Below, in pieces: positions 63,254 through 64,000 of a stretch of DNA of 64,000 nucleotides. The position numbers were made by a program, and so were the translations under genes. A model generated the notes under the pieces. The model saw only the letters and a program-made list of their open reading frames with translations. It had not been told where the DNA came from and ran no database searches. The DNA comes from Nitriliruptoraceae bacterium (GTDB lineage: Bacteria > Actinomycetota > Nitriliruptoria > Nitriliruptorales > Nitriliruptoraceae): positions 133-64,132 of the forward strand of contig JBBDSW010000186.1 of the NCBI GenBank assembly GCA_040904745.1. The letters are read 5' to 3'. Every line of letters begins with the position of its first letter. Positions within the stretch are counted from its first letter, which is position 1.

Positions 63254-63862
63254 ATGACCCGCACGTTCGCCATCACGTTCGACTACCTCTGCCCGTTCGC
63301 CCGGAACGCGAACGAGCACGTCATCGCAGGCCTTCGGGCCGGTGCTGACTGGGACGTCACCTTCGCCCCCTACAGCCTCGCCCAGGGGCACGTCGCCGAG
63401 GGTGACACGGATGTCTGGGACCAGGACGATCCGCATGCGGCCGCCGGGATCCTGGCGCTGCAGGCCGGGATCGCGGTGCGTGATCGTGACCCCGAGCGGT
63501 TCCTCGACGCGCACGAGGCCCTGTTCGCCGCCCGTCACGACCGCGGAGAGGACCTCAAGGACCCGGCGGTGGTCCGTGGCGCCCTCGAGCGCGCCGGTGT
63601 CGCCGCGGACGAGATCCTCGAGGCGATCGCTGATGGCGAGGTCCTCGACCAGTTGCGCAAGGAACACGAACGCGCGGTGACCGAACACGACGTGTGGGGC
63701 GTGCCGACCTTCATCACGGACCGTCGCGCGGTGTTCGTCCGCCTGATGGACCGGCCCGAGGGCGACGGGCAGCGTGCGGCCGAACGCATCGACGGGGTCG
63801 TGGATCTGGTCGACCACCCCCTGGAGTTGCACGAGTTCAAGCAGGTCGATCTGCCGGTCTGA
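63254..63862 (+). CDS. DsbA-like thioredoxin-fold protein
   Basis: ITFDYLCPFARN has a single Cys in the CxxC position. The C-terminal GVPTF motif fits the DsbA/HCCA-isomerase-like pattern. Confidence 0.7.
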   Translation: MTRTFAITFDYLCPFARNANEHVIAGLRAGADWDVTFAPYSLAQGHVAEGDTDVWDQDDPHAAAGILALQAGIAVRDRDPERFLDAHEALFAARHDRGEDLKDPAVVRGALERAGVAADEILEAIADGEVLDQLRKEHERAVTEHDVWGVPTFITDRRAVFVRLMDRPEGDGQRAAERIDGVVDLVDHPLELHEFKQVDLPV

Positions 63863-63880
63863 CCCCCACGGGGCGAACGC

Positions 63881-64000
63881 TCACGATCCCCCCGCCCGCA
63901 GTCGCTCGGCGTGGCGTTCCCGGGGCAGCACCACATCCACGATGGGTGCCGCCGCCACCGAGGGCGCCTGCTGCGAGGTGACCTGCAGCTCCGCCCACCA
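63881..64000 (-). CDS. 3' end of an unidentified gene continuing beyond the window
   Basis: Open minus-strand frame ...WWAELQVTSQQAPSVAAAPIVDVVLPRERHAERLRAGGS, with stop at 63881-63883. Only 39 codons are visible. Confidence 0.25.
   Translation of the reverse strand, partial: WWAELQVTSQQAPSVAAAPIVDVVLPRERHAERLRAGGS

Noticed and set aside
1-64000. CRISPR arrays, rRNA genes, retron or DGR-type reverse transcriptase elements
   Set aside because: No regularly spaced direct repeats were seen beyond the two small repeats reported. No rRNA-like sequence and no reverse-transcriptase motifs appear in any listed ORF.

Overview
High-GC actinobacterial-type chromosomal DNA, densely coded on both strands, with many 1-4 nt start/stop overlaps. 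I call about 60 protein genes, one tRNA (anticodon CAT), and no rRNA or CRISPR array. The left ~8 kb looks accessory. It holds an IS630 transposase 3' part inserted in a tyrosine-recombinase gene and a truncated IS21 istA. It also holds a GAF-ANTAR protein beside a sensor-less histidine kinase, a frameshifted PD-(D/E)xK-like gene next to a DUF6308-type gene in a visibly more A/T-rich patch, a MazEF-like toxin-antitoxin pair, a decayed ABC ATPase and an orphan MEDS-domain kinase. The rest looks like core metabolism and envelope functions. These include an asnO-ngg (N-acetylglutaminylglutamine amide type) osmolyte cluster extended by an ATP-grasp gene and a formamidase, and a three-gene flavoprotein module with DUF1667. 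There is also a lipid-modification cluster (FAD oxidoreductase, DUF1365, two CFA-synthase paralogs) followed by glutamate dehydrogenase. Two LuxR-type two-component systems are present, one with a co-translated solute-binding protein and a convergent, overlapping regulator gene. Other genes include M23 and Rpf cell-wall enzymes, an AtuA-family protein, a SWIM + SNF2 helicase pair, a MarP-type protease and an ABC-2 exporter. A tight six-gene operon is centred on a kinase carrying a cyclic-nucleotide-binding domain. The most unusual items are the nuclease-like/DUF6308 pair, the extended osmolyte cluster, the cNMP-kinase operon, a tandem hairpin repeat at 31.9 kb and a long structured leader upstream of the Rpf gene. 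All family assignments come from reading motifs in the translations; no database search was run. Many start codons are inferred from RBS spacing and remain uncertain.
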